A DNA stretch of 64,000 nucleotides from Pristiophorus japonicus (lineage: Eukaryota). Where the stretch lies: assembly GCF_044704955.1 (NCBI RefSeq), contig NC_091989.1:40300001-40364000 (forward strand), given 5' to 3'. This document shows positions 25,778 to 36,792 of this stretch, in pieces. The notes under the pieces are model-generated. The model did no database searches and was not told the origin of the DNA. It saw nothing but the letters and a program-made list of their open reading frames with translations. Within the stretch, counting starts at the first letter, position 1. Each line of letters starts with the position of its first letter. The position numbers and the translations under genes were made by a program.

Positions 25778-26416
25778 CAGTCGAACTTCACTATAACGAA
25801 CCCCAACGGGATCGGCAGAAACAATCGTTGTATCAGGATATTCATCATAGTATTGGTGATTTGCTGCATCAGAAAAATGAAGAAATGATCAATTTGATAT
25901 TTACCATCATTTTATTTGTTAACAAAATGAATCAGTTTTCTGTTATTCGGGCTTTTCTTAATTCATGCCGTTTCTATCTTGTTAACCAGTCCAAAAAGAT
26001 CCTCAGTTGCAGATTGTGGCTGTGGTTTTTTTTCTTTACGGTCCAGATTATTAATGATATGAAGTTTTTGTTTTCAGAGACAAAGACAATCTTTTACTCT
26101 CCATCTCCATGCATGTTGGCTGGCTGCAGTTGCCTCCTCACACTCGTTCCCTTGTTGCAGTTTGTGTGCAGGTGGTGGGCCGTCTGATCAGGCAACGAAT
26201 GCAGGTGCCATGTGGGGTTCGCAATACAATAGGTCATCTTTCAATTAGCCTCAGCTTGAACCCCATCATTGCATCTGGGTTGGTCCGGGTATACCTTGCT
26301 TCAACGTTCATTTTAGTGGGGCTGAATGCCATTGAGAAAAAAAAGGGTCTTGTCATTGGCATCGTTAAAACGGGGGATTTGTTATAAGTAGGGTTTGGTA
26401 AAGTGAAGTTATATTG
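25778..26416 (-). mobile_element. pogo/Tigger (Tc1/mariner) internal-deletion derivative, TA TSD
   Basis: TA|CAGTCGAACTTCACTATAACGAACCC ... GGGTTTGGTAAAGTGAAGTTATATTG|TA; minus strand has an MEMESKRLSLSLKTK HTH-start-like remnant. Confidence 0.65.
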
Positions 26417-27369
26417 TAATAAAGGCTCTGTTTGTGTTTCAATAAAGGACATTTTTGATAACACTGAGCTACTTATCTATTACCAGAATTAATTTGAACT
26501 GAATACTATCGAGTCTACTTCTTAAATATTTGAAGCCATCACTAAACAGGTTATGTGAGAGCAGAATCTGAATTCCGTGCTTCTTCATTAAAACCATTAT
26601 GACTGCACCAATTAAATATCTGGAGCTGGATTTCCGGTTCTGCTTGTTTCGGGGTGGTGATGGCGGCGGAGCGCCCAGGAAGAGTTTGCGCCTCAGTCTG
26701 CAAAGTTCATCAGCTGGGCCCTGAGTGTGGGGCGGAGTGCCAAGGGAGGCGTTACACATCTCTCTTGGGGCACTAGGCCGGCTGAGCAAGCGAAAATCCT
26801 GAGCTAAACAGCCGTCCTCTGATTGCTGTAAGAGAGGCCCTGGGGGCAAAAATTAAACCTGAAAAAGAAACACCAAAAACATTCCCTGTAAATAACTCAC
26901 GCTACCAAAACATAAATCGCGAAAAAAAAACAATGGGCTAAAATTTCCCCTTCGATCGCTGGCATCGGATCCTTAGTGGTATTCCAGCGGTTGCGTCTTT
27001 TTAACGGCCAGAATACCACTGGTGCGCGTTCCCACGGTTTTCCGGTCCTCGACGTCGGCGGTGGCAAAGCCTAGCGATAGCGGACTGGAGCGGGCGGCGA
27101 GAACGGGAGAAAAGTCGCCAATCTCCCTACCTTTAGTAAGGGAAGCAGAACCACTGCAGAAAACGGCCGGAAAATCTTCTCTGCGCATGCGCGGTCATTC
27201 TCCCGTGATTTCGGGGTCAAAGGTGACTCTGCACATGCGCAGAGAAGAGTAGGACAGCACTGGACATCTTGAAGCTGCAGAGGTTGGTGGAGGTTAGTGA
27301 GAGAGGAGCTGTGAGAGAATTTGTGAGGTGTTTTGAGGAGTATATTGATTATATTCAGTATATTTACAA

Positions 27370-27500
27370 TGATATCATAATATAAAATAAATAAGTAATA
27401 ATATAACTAGTAATAATTATAATAATAATAGATATTAAAATCTTAAAAAATAATAGTAATAATAATAATAAAATTCAAATATATATATATATATATATAT
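27370..27500. repeat. AT-rich low-complexity tract, (AAT)n and (AT)n
   Basis: Directly visible. Confidence 0.85.
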
Positions 27501-27519
27501 GTAAATAAATATCAAGAAA

Positions 27520-28975
27520 ATGCAAAATCAAGTCATGGAAGTGGAGAGGGCATTAGGTGGGACAAAAATGGCCACTCGTTTCTCGGAGGAAGCCCAGGAG
27601 TCATTGATGGACGAAGTGGAAACCCGTTGGAATCAGTTAACGCGGGGTGGGCGAGGGAAACCATCACCGTTTGTGTATCAGCGGTTATGGTGAGAGATCG
27701 CTGAGGCGGTGTCCTCCGTCGTGCCCATGATGCGGGGGCCGAACCAGTGCTGCAAATGGTGGAATTACATCGTTGGGTCTGCGAGAGTAAGTACTAACTT
27801 TTATCATGCACTGAATAATTACTCTTATGTAGTGCCACGTTTTATTATGTTGTAAAGCTTGGTGTCATTTTTATTTCCCATCATCGATCTCATTGTGTTA
27901 GTCCTCTGTATTTTCATGTTTTCATCATGCAACATTTGCATGCTAACAAAACTTAAATCGTGCACTCGTTGACAAAAAGACTGGGAGATGGTTAATTGGG
28001 GATGTGTACTTATATATGTGTATGTATATGTATGTATGTGTGTGTTTGGTTTTCGTAGCTGTCAAATTAGTTCACACATATTTTTTGTCACCTTTGCAGA
28101 AAAAACTAGCTGGCAATAGGGCGGAGCTCTGCAAAACGGGCGGGGATCCACCGAAGACTATTCCTCTGAAGGACCTCGAGGAACGCGCTGCAGCCCTGAC
28201 GGGAGCATATGATCGCACGTCACATGTGTTGGTGCCGAACCAGTTCTCCCAGAGGGTAAGTCTGCATAATGCCCGGACTGTACTGCGGTCATGTAATTCA
28301 ATCTTATGGCAATATAATGTAGAATGTAATGTAATGCTGGGAGCAAGAAATGTTGTTAGCTGTGACATGATTTTTTTGGTTGATCGCACTCTGCCACCTG
28401 GAAACCAAACTGTTTGGGACTGAAGTTTTGTTATGTCATGTACTTTCTCCATACATTGTGTATGATACTTTCATGTAATGATTCTCAGTAAAAATGTTTG
28501 TTCTCCACATAAGCCTGCGCAAAGTGAATTGCTCTGATGTTACCTCTGACCCCGGCCATCTCCTGTCGCCAACCATTAATGCTATGTTTTTACAGTTGCA
28601 CAGGTGGAGCCACCTGCCCCTCCCAGAGAGGAGTCATTGCAGGGAAGACCAAATGAAGAGATGATGGTGGAGGAGCTGGAGGAGAACACGAATCTACGGC
28701 GGCTGATCCACCAAAGTATGAACGCTGCGTGACATACTGGTCTGGACATGGTGGGACTGTCCAGGATTAGCATCGACTTGATTCGGGAGCTCCTCTAGGC
28801 CATTGCTGGGTTGTCCGAAAACATCGCGGCTTTAGCAGCCTGTCAATCAGGGGACATGGTGGAGCTGATTGCCACGGTGAGGGAGAACACCCAGACCACG
28901 AATGCCAGTGTTATGGGGCAATTGACGGTCGTGGGATATGGCACTACATCCCAAGGTGCCATATCACCAATGTGA
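27520..28975 (+). pseudogene. Spliced Harbinger Myb/SANT-like DNA-binding protein gene (NAIF1/MSANTD-like); exons ~27520-27786, 28100-28255, 28596-~28975
   Basis: Exon 1 MQNQVMEVER..ATRFSEEAQESLMDEVETRW..QRLW*EIAEAVSS..RGPNQCCKWWNYI..AR|GTAAGT; exon 2 after TTTGCAG: KKLAGNRAELCKTGGDPP..LKDLEER; exon 3 acidic then coiled-coil-like; in-frame stops. Confidence 0.78.
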
Positions 28976-31069
28976 CAGCACCTGATCATTGGGAGGAACC
29001 AGTTTCTTATGACTTTGAAGATGGGTCCTTAGCACCTCCATCTTCTCCAGAACCCCCAAACATAGCGCTGCCATTGTCGCCGCCCTCACCCCACCACCCA
29101 GCCTCAGCAGTCACGCTCAAGTTGGGAAAGGTGGCCATAGGTAGAATTATCAGAGGGTGCAGGGTCTTTTCAGTGGTGTTTATACTGTTGTTGATGTTGT
29201 TGTTGCTGCTATTTGTTATTCATAATGTTTTTTGTTGTCAAAATTTGTATTCATAAAAAATACATTATTTTATTACATTGGTAAAGTTTAATACAAATTT
29301 TCAAGTGTCATATAAAATTTTATTCAACTAAATCATTCTTGTACTGTGTCTCACTCACTTCTGTGAAGGGGAAAATATACCCAATTTGACAACTTTTAGG
29401 AAACGCAACTTTAAATGTGTGATTGACGGTGCCCCTTGTAAACGCGTACCTTAACTTGGATGACCCAGACCCAACTGACTGGGCTTTTCTTGAGTCTTGT
29501 GAACATCATGTAACTGGGTAAGCCACTCACAACGCAACAGCTCTACCAACCTGTGAGCATTCTCACAGGTGCATACATTACAGTTGTGATGTCTGCTACA
29601 GTTGAATAGCCCCACTACCACATTGACAAGCCACGTGAAGAATGGTTACTTGGATGTACACCTCGTGACTGACACCATTTTCTCCCCACACACCCCCACT
29701 ACCACCCCCTCAGGTCTCCTTGTACACCCTTCTCTCCCCCTCTCAGGTCACTCTAAGCACCAGTGTCTGACTCCCTTCTCCCACCTCCTCGCCCCCCCAC
29801 CCCAATCGCCTCAGGTCGTTCTGTACACACAGTGACTTGGATGAGGCCCCATTGCGTGGACACAACCCCTCCCCCCTCCGCGGCCCCGCTACAGCCAGCA
29901 TCAGTAAAGGGGAGGTGTGGGGGGAGAAAATTTCCCAGAAATAATTCATGTTCAGCAATGAATAACTCAGTGGGCATGACTCCAATGGCTTCTTCCTGAG
30001 TGTTGTTACATATGTTACAAAATCCATTTCCTGCCACCCACAAAATCAGCCCCTCAGCATGTTACACAGGTACTGGTCAGTTACTCCAGTCAAACAGACG
30101 TGAAACATCTGCAATCCAATTGGGTTTATTTTTTAAACAATGTTTTGATTGGGTGCGTCTGTTTTCTGTGGAACCAGAAATACACCAGACAGCATCGCTC
30201 AGCAAACACCCTGAGTTCAGTGTGTCTTTGAATTCACGGCAGCTAGCAAGACACGGCGAGGGAGAGGAGGTGGTGTTTGGGGGCAGGGGAGTGGTGGGAT
30301 GTGGCGTAAGATGCAGTAAATCAGCCACGGTTCTGACTCCTGACTCTGGTGGCAGTGTGGATGCGACAATGGCCTTCGTGCTCCTTGGCTGGGGTGGGGG
30401 AGGGGGTGGGGGGAATTGTGTGCCGGGGGGGTGTAAGGTGCAGTAAATCAGCCAAGGTTCTGACTCCTGACTCCATGGTTATGGATGTTGAGCAACGATA
30501 GGATCAAGCATGGCCAAGATGTCACTCCAATTGAAAGGCCTGCTTATATTAACTGGACTCACACACTGAAGTTCTGGCCCTAATGTATTGGCATCCGAGC
30601 ACTCAAAGAGAAGGTTTGCTGGAAAACCTAAAAACTTTTTTATAAATTGCATTGTGATTAATTTACACATCAGGAACACCAAATAAAAATAGCCATTGGG
30701 GTAATGTACCAGTGGGCATTTGGTGCCTGTTGCACTATACTATACGCCAACAAAGGTTTTCTTCATTAACATCGATCTTCTGGCCCACTGCAAAGCTGAA
30801 AAGAAAATGGGCCCAAGTCAGGTAAGTACTTCAGAAATAGGCGGTTTTGATTGGAGCGATAACGGGCAGTAGCGGGCCTTAAAAAAAACTTTTTTGTAGA
30901 AATTAGCGCTGGCAGGGAATTTTCCGCGACTTCTGGGCGTCCAAAGTGGGCGGGCACTTTGCAGCAACCGCCGGCGATAATCAGGAGGTGAAACAGGTAG
31001 TACAGGGCGGTAACTGGGCGTTAAATCGCCGATCGGAGGGGAAATTCTAGCCCAATCACAAGACACAGA

Positions 31070-31853
31070 CTGGGTGTTTTTGCGACTGGAAGGATGTTTC
31101 CAATGGGGTTCCGCAGGGCTCAGTACTAGGTCCCTTGCTTTTTGTGATATACTTCAATGATCTAGACTTCAATATATGGGGAATGATTAAGAAGTTTGCA
31201 GATGATACTAAAATCTGCTGTGTGGTTGATAATGAAGAAGAAAGCTGTGGACTGCAGGAAGATATCAATCAACTGGTCAGGTGGACAGAACAGTGGCAAA
31301 TGGAAATTAATCCAGAGAAGTGTGAGGTAATGCATTTTGGGAGGGCTAACAAGGAAAGGGAATACACATTAAATGGTAGGATACTGAGAAGTGTAGAGGA
31401 GCTAAGGGACCTTGGAGTGCATGTCCACAGATCCTTGCAAGTAGCAGGCCTGGTAGATAAGGTGGTTAAGAAGGCATACAGAATGCTTGCTTTTATTAGC
31501 TGAGGCACAGAATACAAGAGCAGAGGGGTGGGGGGGGTTATCCAGAATCGGGGGTCACAGTCTAGGGATGGGGGGTAGGCCATTTGGGACTGAGATGAGG
31601 AGGAGCTTCGCCCAGTGAGTGGTGAGCCTGTGGAATTCTCTGCCACAGAGAGTTGTTGAGGCTGATTCACTAAGTGTATTCGGGTGGGGAGTTGGATGTG
31701 ATCCTTGCTGCTGGGGGGATCGGGGGGTGTGGCGGGAGAGCAGGAGTGGGGTGCTGGGGTTGCATGTTCAGCCATGAACTCATTGAATGGCGGTGCAGAC
31801 TCGAAGGGCCGAATGGCCTACTCCTGCACCTATTTTCTATGTTTCTATGTTTC
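31070..31853 (+). mobile_element. Chimeric CR1 insertion: RT fragment of one family (31070-31525) fused to an A-to-G hypermutated 3' end of the TTTCTATG family (31541-31853)
   Basis: 5' part aligns to 56996-57450; 3' part aligns to 59380-59693 and 11307-11622 with about 30 A>G changes. Confidence 0.88.
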
Positions 31854-32974
31854 TTTTTACCTGAGGTCGACATTACTTACCTCTCTGCGGCCGCTACAGC
31901 CCGCTTTCACAGGCGGTCCCTGCAGGGCGCTCTACGGAGCACTAAGGGTCGGGCAGCAGCCAAAAATCAAGCCAGTGTCACAACCAGGGGCTTTGCACAC
32001 TGGCTCGCCTCTTCCGGATGGTAATGCTTAATGCTCCACACCCTGTCGAAACCAGCACCGAAAGTCTCGGTGAGGCGCTGGAAACTGGTCGCTCACCCCG
32101 AAGTGCTTACCACCGCCATTGTCACCCCTCCGGGGCACTAACAGGAGCAGCAAAAGCCCGAAAATACAGGTCCTGATATTTGAAAAGAGCTTGCAAATAA
32201 GTGACATTAAACGAACACTCCTGAAAAGAAATACACTGGATCTGAACAAAATCGATTCAGAAATATATATCTTATGCTGCCGTCAGTGATGGTGGAAGTA
32301 TAAAAACAGACAAACCTTTGTGAACAAAGCATAGCTGTTGAGCTGGTACGGGGAAGAGCAGTAGCCGACATTGTAAAATCGGAAATATGACACAGGTGAG
32401 TTAAACCAATCTGACATTTTAGCAGGATATTCCAATGAGGTGGCATATGGCAATTACACTGGGGCCCTGAAGACTACGGAAGCAGATGGAGTTTGAATAC
32501 AAGGAATCAGTTGGGGAGCATTGACCATGACACTGTTCTGTGCTATTAGTTTTATGGAATATTAATAAGCAAAATATAAATTATTACATTTACCTTCATA
32601 GTTCCAACTGGGGCACCATATGCATAGTCTTTTTTTTAAACCAGTCTGTTACACAGTTGAGATAGAGGATAAAAATCACGTGCCATCAGAACGTCTGACC
32701 ACCCCATTGACCCCACAATGATCCCATCCCGAATCTCAGGGAAGGAGCCATTTAAATAATAGAGGCAGACACCTGTAGTGCCACAACAAGGGTATCCACT
32801 CCACTGGAATATCGAAGCGACATCCCGCATGAAGATGAGCACTAGTTTCCTGCCGCACTAAAGACTGCAGGCAGTATGAAAAGTTTGGTAAAGGGACATT
32901 TATAAAAATATTAAAGTTTATAAATATATAATTTTTATAGTTATTCTGAGATTGATTACCATTTGCTTCCTCAA

Positions 32975-33398
32975 TGGTATGTTCACATGCCAGACACGAG
33001 ACTCCCAAAGCAAGCGCTCTACTCGGAACTCCTTCATGGCAAACAAGCCAAAGATAGGCAGAGGAAACATTACAAGGACACCCTCAAAGCCTCCCCGATA
33101 AAATGAAACATCCCCACTGACACCTGGGAGTCCCTGGCCAAAGACCGCCCTGGAGGAAGTGCATCCGGGAGGGCGCTGAGCACCTTGAGTCTCATCGCCG
33201 AGAGCGTGGAGAAAACAAGCGCAGGCAGGGGTAAGAGCGTGCGGCAAACCTGTCCCACCCTCCCCTTCCCTCAATGACTATCTGTCCCACCTGTGACAGG
33301 GACTGTGGTTCTTGTATTATACTGTTCAGCCACCCAAGGACTCATTTTAAGAGTGGAAGCAAGTCTTCCTCGATTCCGAGGGGCTGCCTATGATGATG
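32975..33398 (+). mobile_element. RTE LINE 3' fragment
   Basis: Matches 50225-50648; ends GGGCTGCCTATGATGATG. Confidence 0.85.
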
Positions 33399-33603
33399 GT
33401 ATTGCGACCCAGAATGGCACCTACACCTGTTCTTGGTGGTGGTAGGTTCCGCTGGGCCTATCGGGGCTCATCTGGCGTAGCCCAGGAACATCCCTAGACA
33501 GGCTGCAAACTGCTACCAGGATGCAAAGGGGGGCAGGCAAAAGAAGCCCAACCCTGCCTGACCAGAATTTTCTTCATCTTTGCGAATGAATCGTAAACCC
33601 TGT

Positions 33604-33770
33604 GGATTTTAACCAATAAGGGAATTAAGGGTTACGGGGAGCGGATGGGTAAATGGAGCTGAGTCCACGGCCAGATCAGCCATGATCTTGTTGAATGGCA
33701 GAGCAGGCTCGAGGGGCTAGATGGCCTACTCCTGTTTCTAATTCTTATGTTCTTATGTTATGTTCTTATG
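33604..33770 (+). mobile_element. Short CR1 3' end (TTCTTATG family)
   Basis: Reverse complement of 4561-4700; tail TTCTTATGTTCTTATGTT. Confidence 0.8.
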
Positions 33771-35039
33771 ATCCAGGTTCTAATCCAAAATCCAGATCCT
33801 CTGGCACAACTGGGCCTGAATTCCATGCCCCCACCTCCAGGAGTGTAATTCCAAGGCTAGAATGCCTTGTTCTGATATTTCACTATATACCCCAATTATT
33901 TTTAAGGATAGCACCTTATGATACAGCTGAATTCTCCTGGTAAGAATCAAGAGCTGCCCTACTAACTGAGTCAACTCGTAACGTGTATTTTTAGCAATTT
34001 GAAGCGCAGCTAAGTGATATTTCAGGCCTCTATAGAATGATTTTCTGTCAACTACAGGTAAATGTTGCTGCCAATGAACTTAATTTTGTGTGAGAGAAAC
34101 AGCTGCCTGCTTTATGGTACAATGCCAGCCCTACATAAGGGACTAGGTGATCTTGGAACCAGAGAATGCGAATAGGACTGTCTAACAAAGTGAAAAAGGC
34201 ATATTCATTAAAATAAGGAAAGAATATTGCAGAAAAAGCAGGAAGAATAAGACAACTGACGTGTAGCTTGAAGCATCACTGAAGCAGGAGGTAACAGAAA
34301 GCAGCTTAAAACTGATGGACTGTCTTTCAAGCAGGCAGATCACATTATATTAGTGAATGCCCTTGATTATTAATTAACTAGTCTTCTCCGCATATGTAGT
34401 CGACATAAAATACTGTTTGTACAGATAATTGCTTCATTTTGTGTAAGAAAAAAAAATAAAAATACCTGTTTTCTGATGTAAATGATGGAACTAAACAACA
34501 CAAGATTGTGGCTTAATGTATGATAAGAATGATGTAAATTGTGCTATTTGCATAAAACATATGCTTAATTAGCTTAAATCTTACGCTGAGAATATGGATT
34601 TAAGAGATAAAAAGGTAAAATTGTACATAGAATTAATTTTACATACAAAATGAGTGTGGCCATTTAACTGAGTACTGTGGAAGCAAGAGTATACCAAACA
34701 ACACACCATTTTAAAAGCAAAAAAGGTCCCTTTTTTCAATATACCCTACTCTATGTGAAGAAATGTATTATATCTCCCAGGTAATACTTTTAATACTTTT
34801 AATGTAACAGTTCCAAAGCCTGCTCTCAGTTATATTACAGCCCCCTAGAGAGATGTACAACTGGCAGGTCCAAATTATACAATCATTCATGTGCAGAGCT
34901 CTGCGCACCAGAGCTGAAATATTGGTTAATGTTAGGGACGAGCCAATGGGACAACCTTCACCAACATAAATACATTTGTTAAATCACCTGGGGATATCTT
35001 AAACTGTGCTCCACACTAGTTGCAGCTAAGGTGGAGCTA

Positions 35040-35258
35040 ATGTCCTGGCCAATATTTATGCCTCAATCAACATCACTAAAACAGATTATCTGGTCATTGT
35101 CACATTGCAGTTTGTGGGCGTTTGCTGAGCACAAATTGGCTGCCGCATTTCCTACACTAACAGTGACTGCATTTCAACAAAGTACCTCATTGATTGTAAA
35201 GCACTTTGGGACATCCTGAGGTCATGAAAAGCGCTATATAAATGTAAATCTTTCTTTT
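35040..35258 (+). mobile_element. Deu-SINE 3' half
   Basis: GTCCTGGCCAATATTTAT..CTCAATCAACATC..GCGCTATATAAATG..TCTTTC, as in 46480-46685. Confidence 0.75.
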
Positions 35259-36045
35259 ACATTGTTGAGGTGGTCTCACACCACTTTCGAAAATGCAAAG
35301 CACGTTAGGTTTGGTGACATCGTGGCAGAATTATACTGTCGATTTTGCATCATTGCAATGCCAAAATAATTTTGAAGCAACAGAAAATGTGAAGTTTAAC
35401 TGGTCCATTACTCTACACACTTATCAGAAATATGTTTTTTGTTGGAAAGCAGTAACACCTTTTAATTCTGAAATAAAAATAAATAAAACCAAATGCTGGA
35501 AAGCTGAAATCTGTTCAGTTGAAGGGCCCCACCTGAAACATTAACCTATGGGGTTAATTGTACCCTACCTTGCCGGGCGGGAAGCCCATGGAATCGGATG
35601 GAACTTCAATGGAGAGTAAAATTGGGAGGGTGCAAAACTAGCATTACACCCTAATTCGTCATAATTTTCTGCTTTTTTAATCTATTGGAACTTTGGTCAC
35701 TGACACCTTGGAGTAGATTTTTGTTTTTACCACCTACGCTTTAAGCATCGCCTAAAGAAGAATCTGGTGGGAAGGACAATCAGGTAGCTTCTGTTACCAG
35801 CATGCAATCCTCCTCACCAAATTTTCCTTCCTGCACTCTGCCCAGATGATGCTTAATGCCCAAGCAGTGAAGACATCTTAATCTCTCCCTCATGTTTAAG
35901 CTCTGTTGAAAACTATGCTTGAAGCTGACTGAAAAATGTGTATTTGTTAAATTAAAAAGTGTTATTGAGCGGCATCTGCTGTTGCATGTTTTCCTTATCC
36001 ATCCAACACCACCTACATGTGGTAAGGATACAAAGAAAGGACAAT

Positions 36046-36792
36046 GGCCCAGAAACTCCGGTCAGAGGCTTCCCGTCGGCGGATCCTTCCGTCCGCAAAC
36101 ATTTCTCCGAAAGTATCTGGTGGTCCTGGAGGTTCGGCGACTTGTGGTCCTGGCCCTCTATGTGAAGGCCTTCGTAGAGGCACACATATCCCAGGAGCAT
36201 ATGGGTTCCGTATGCATCAATGGGATCATGTGGGCCGGCCCAACTTATCAGAGTAGGGGGATCCCCATCCATACTTATGGGGATTCCGTATGTAGGGAAC
36301 TGTGATAAGTATAAACGGGAATACCCCCAAAACATAGAAACACTGAAAATAACTTTTTTTAAAACATCACATTTTCAATTTCATAAAAATTTAATTATTT
36401 AAAATAAAAATTTAATTTTTTGAAAAATAAATTTACATATTTTAAAGGGTTTAAAAATAAACTTACCTTATTTAACAGGATTTTAAATGTTTAAATTATT
36501 TTAAAAAATTATTTTTCAACATTTTAAAAGTCTTCTGCTGATAAAAACAGGTCTTATGCCTGCTTTTATCGATTGTAAGAATTTGAAGAACATTCGCTGG
36601 GCAGGAGTTGGGCAAATAGTCCAATTGTCCGCCCGCGGAGGCCCTTTACCTTCGCTTGTGTGCGACCTGTCAAGAGAATTTTTGAAAGATCGCATGCGCA
36701 TGTGCTTCACATACATAAACCCAGAGCTTGCGGGGACCCCACAGTCACTTGTGCGACTCGTCCACATCCGTGGGGAGCCCGATTTCAGAACC
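36046..36792. mobile_element. Harbinger-type MITE (same family as 24502-25516, inverted)
   Basis: Starts GGCCCAGAAACTCCGGTCAGAGGCTTCC, homologous to the reverse complement of 25516-25240; AT-rich centre; degenerate right TIR GATTTCAGAACC. Confidence 0.7.

Larger units (their letters stand above)
26935..31053 (+). mobile_element. PIF/Harbinger element (~4.1 kb) carrying a Myb/SANT gene, no visible transposase
   Basis: 24-bp TIR GGGCTAAAATTTCCCCTTCGATCG vs GGGCTAGAATTTCCCCTCCGATCG; 3-bp TSD AAT (26932-26934, 31054-31056). Confidence 0.88.
26621..32173. mobile_element. GC-rich MITE split by nested Harbinger and CR1 insertions
   Basis: Imperfect termini GGAGCTGGATTTCCGG / CCGAAAATACAGGTCC; arms at 26621-26934 and ~31857-32173. 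Confidence 0.5.
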
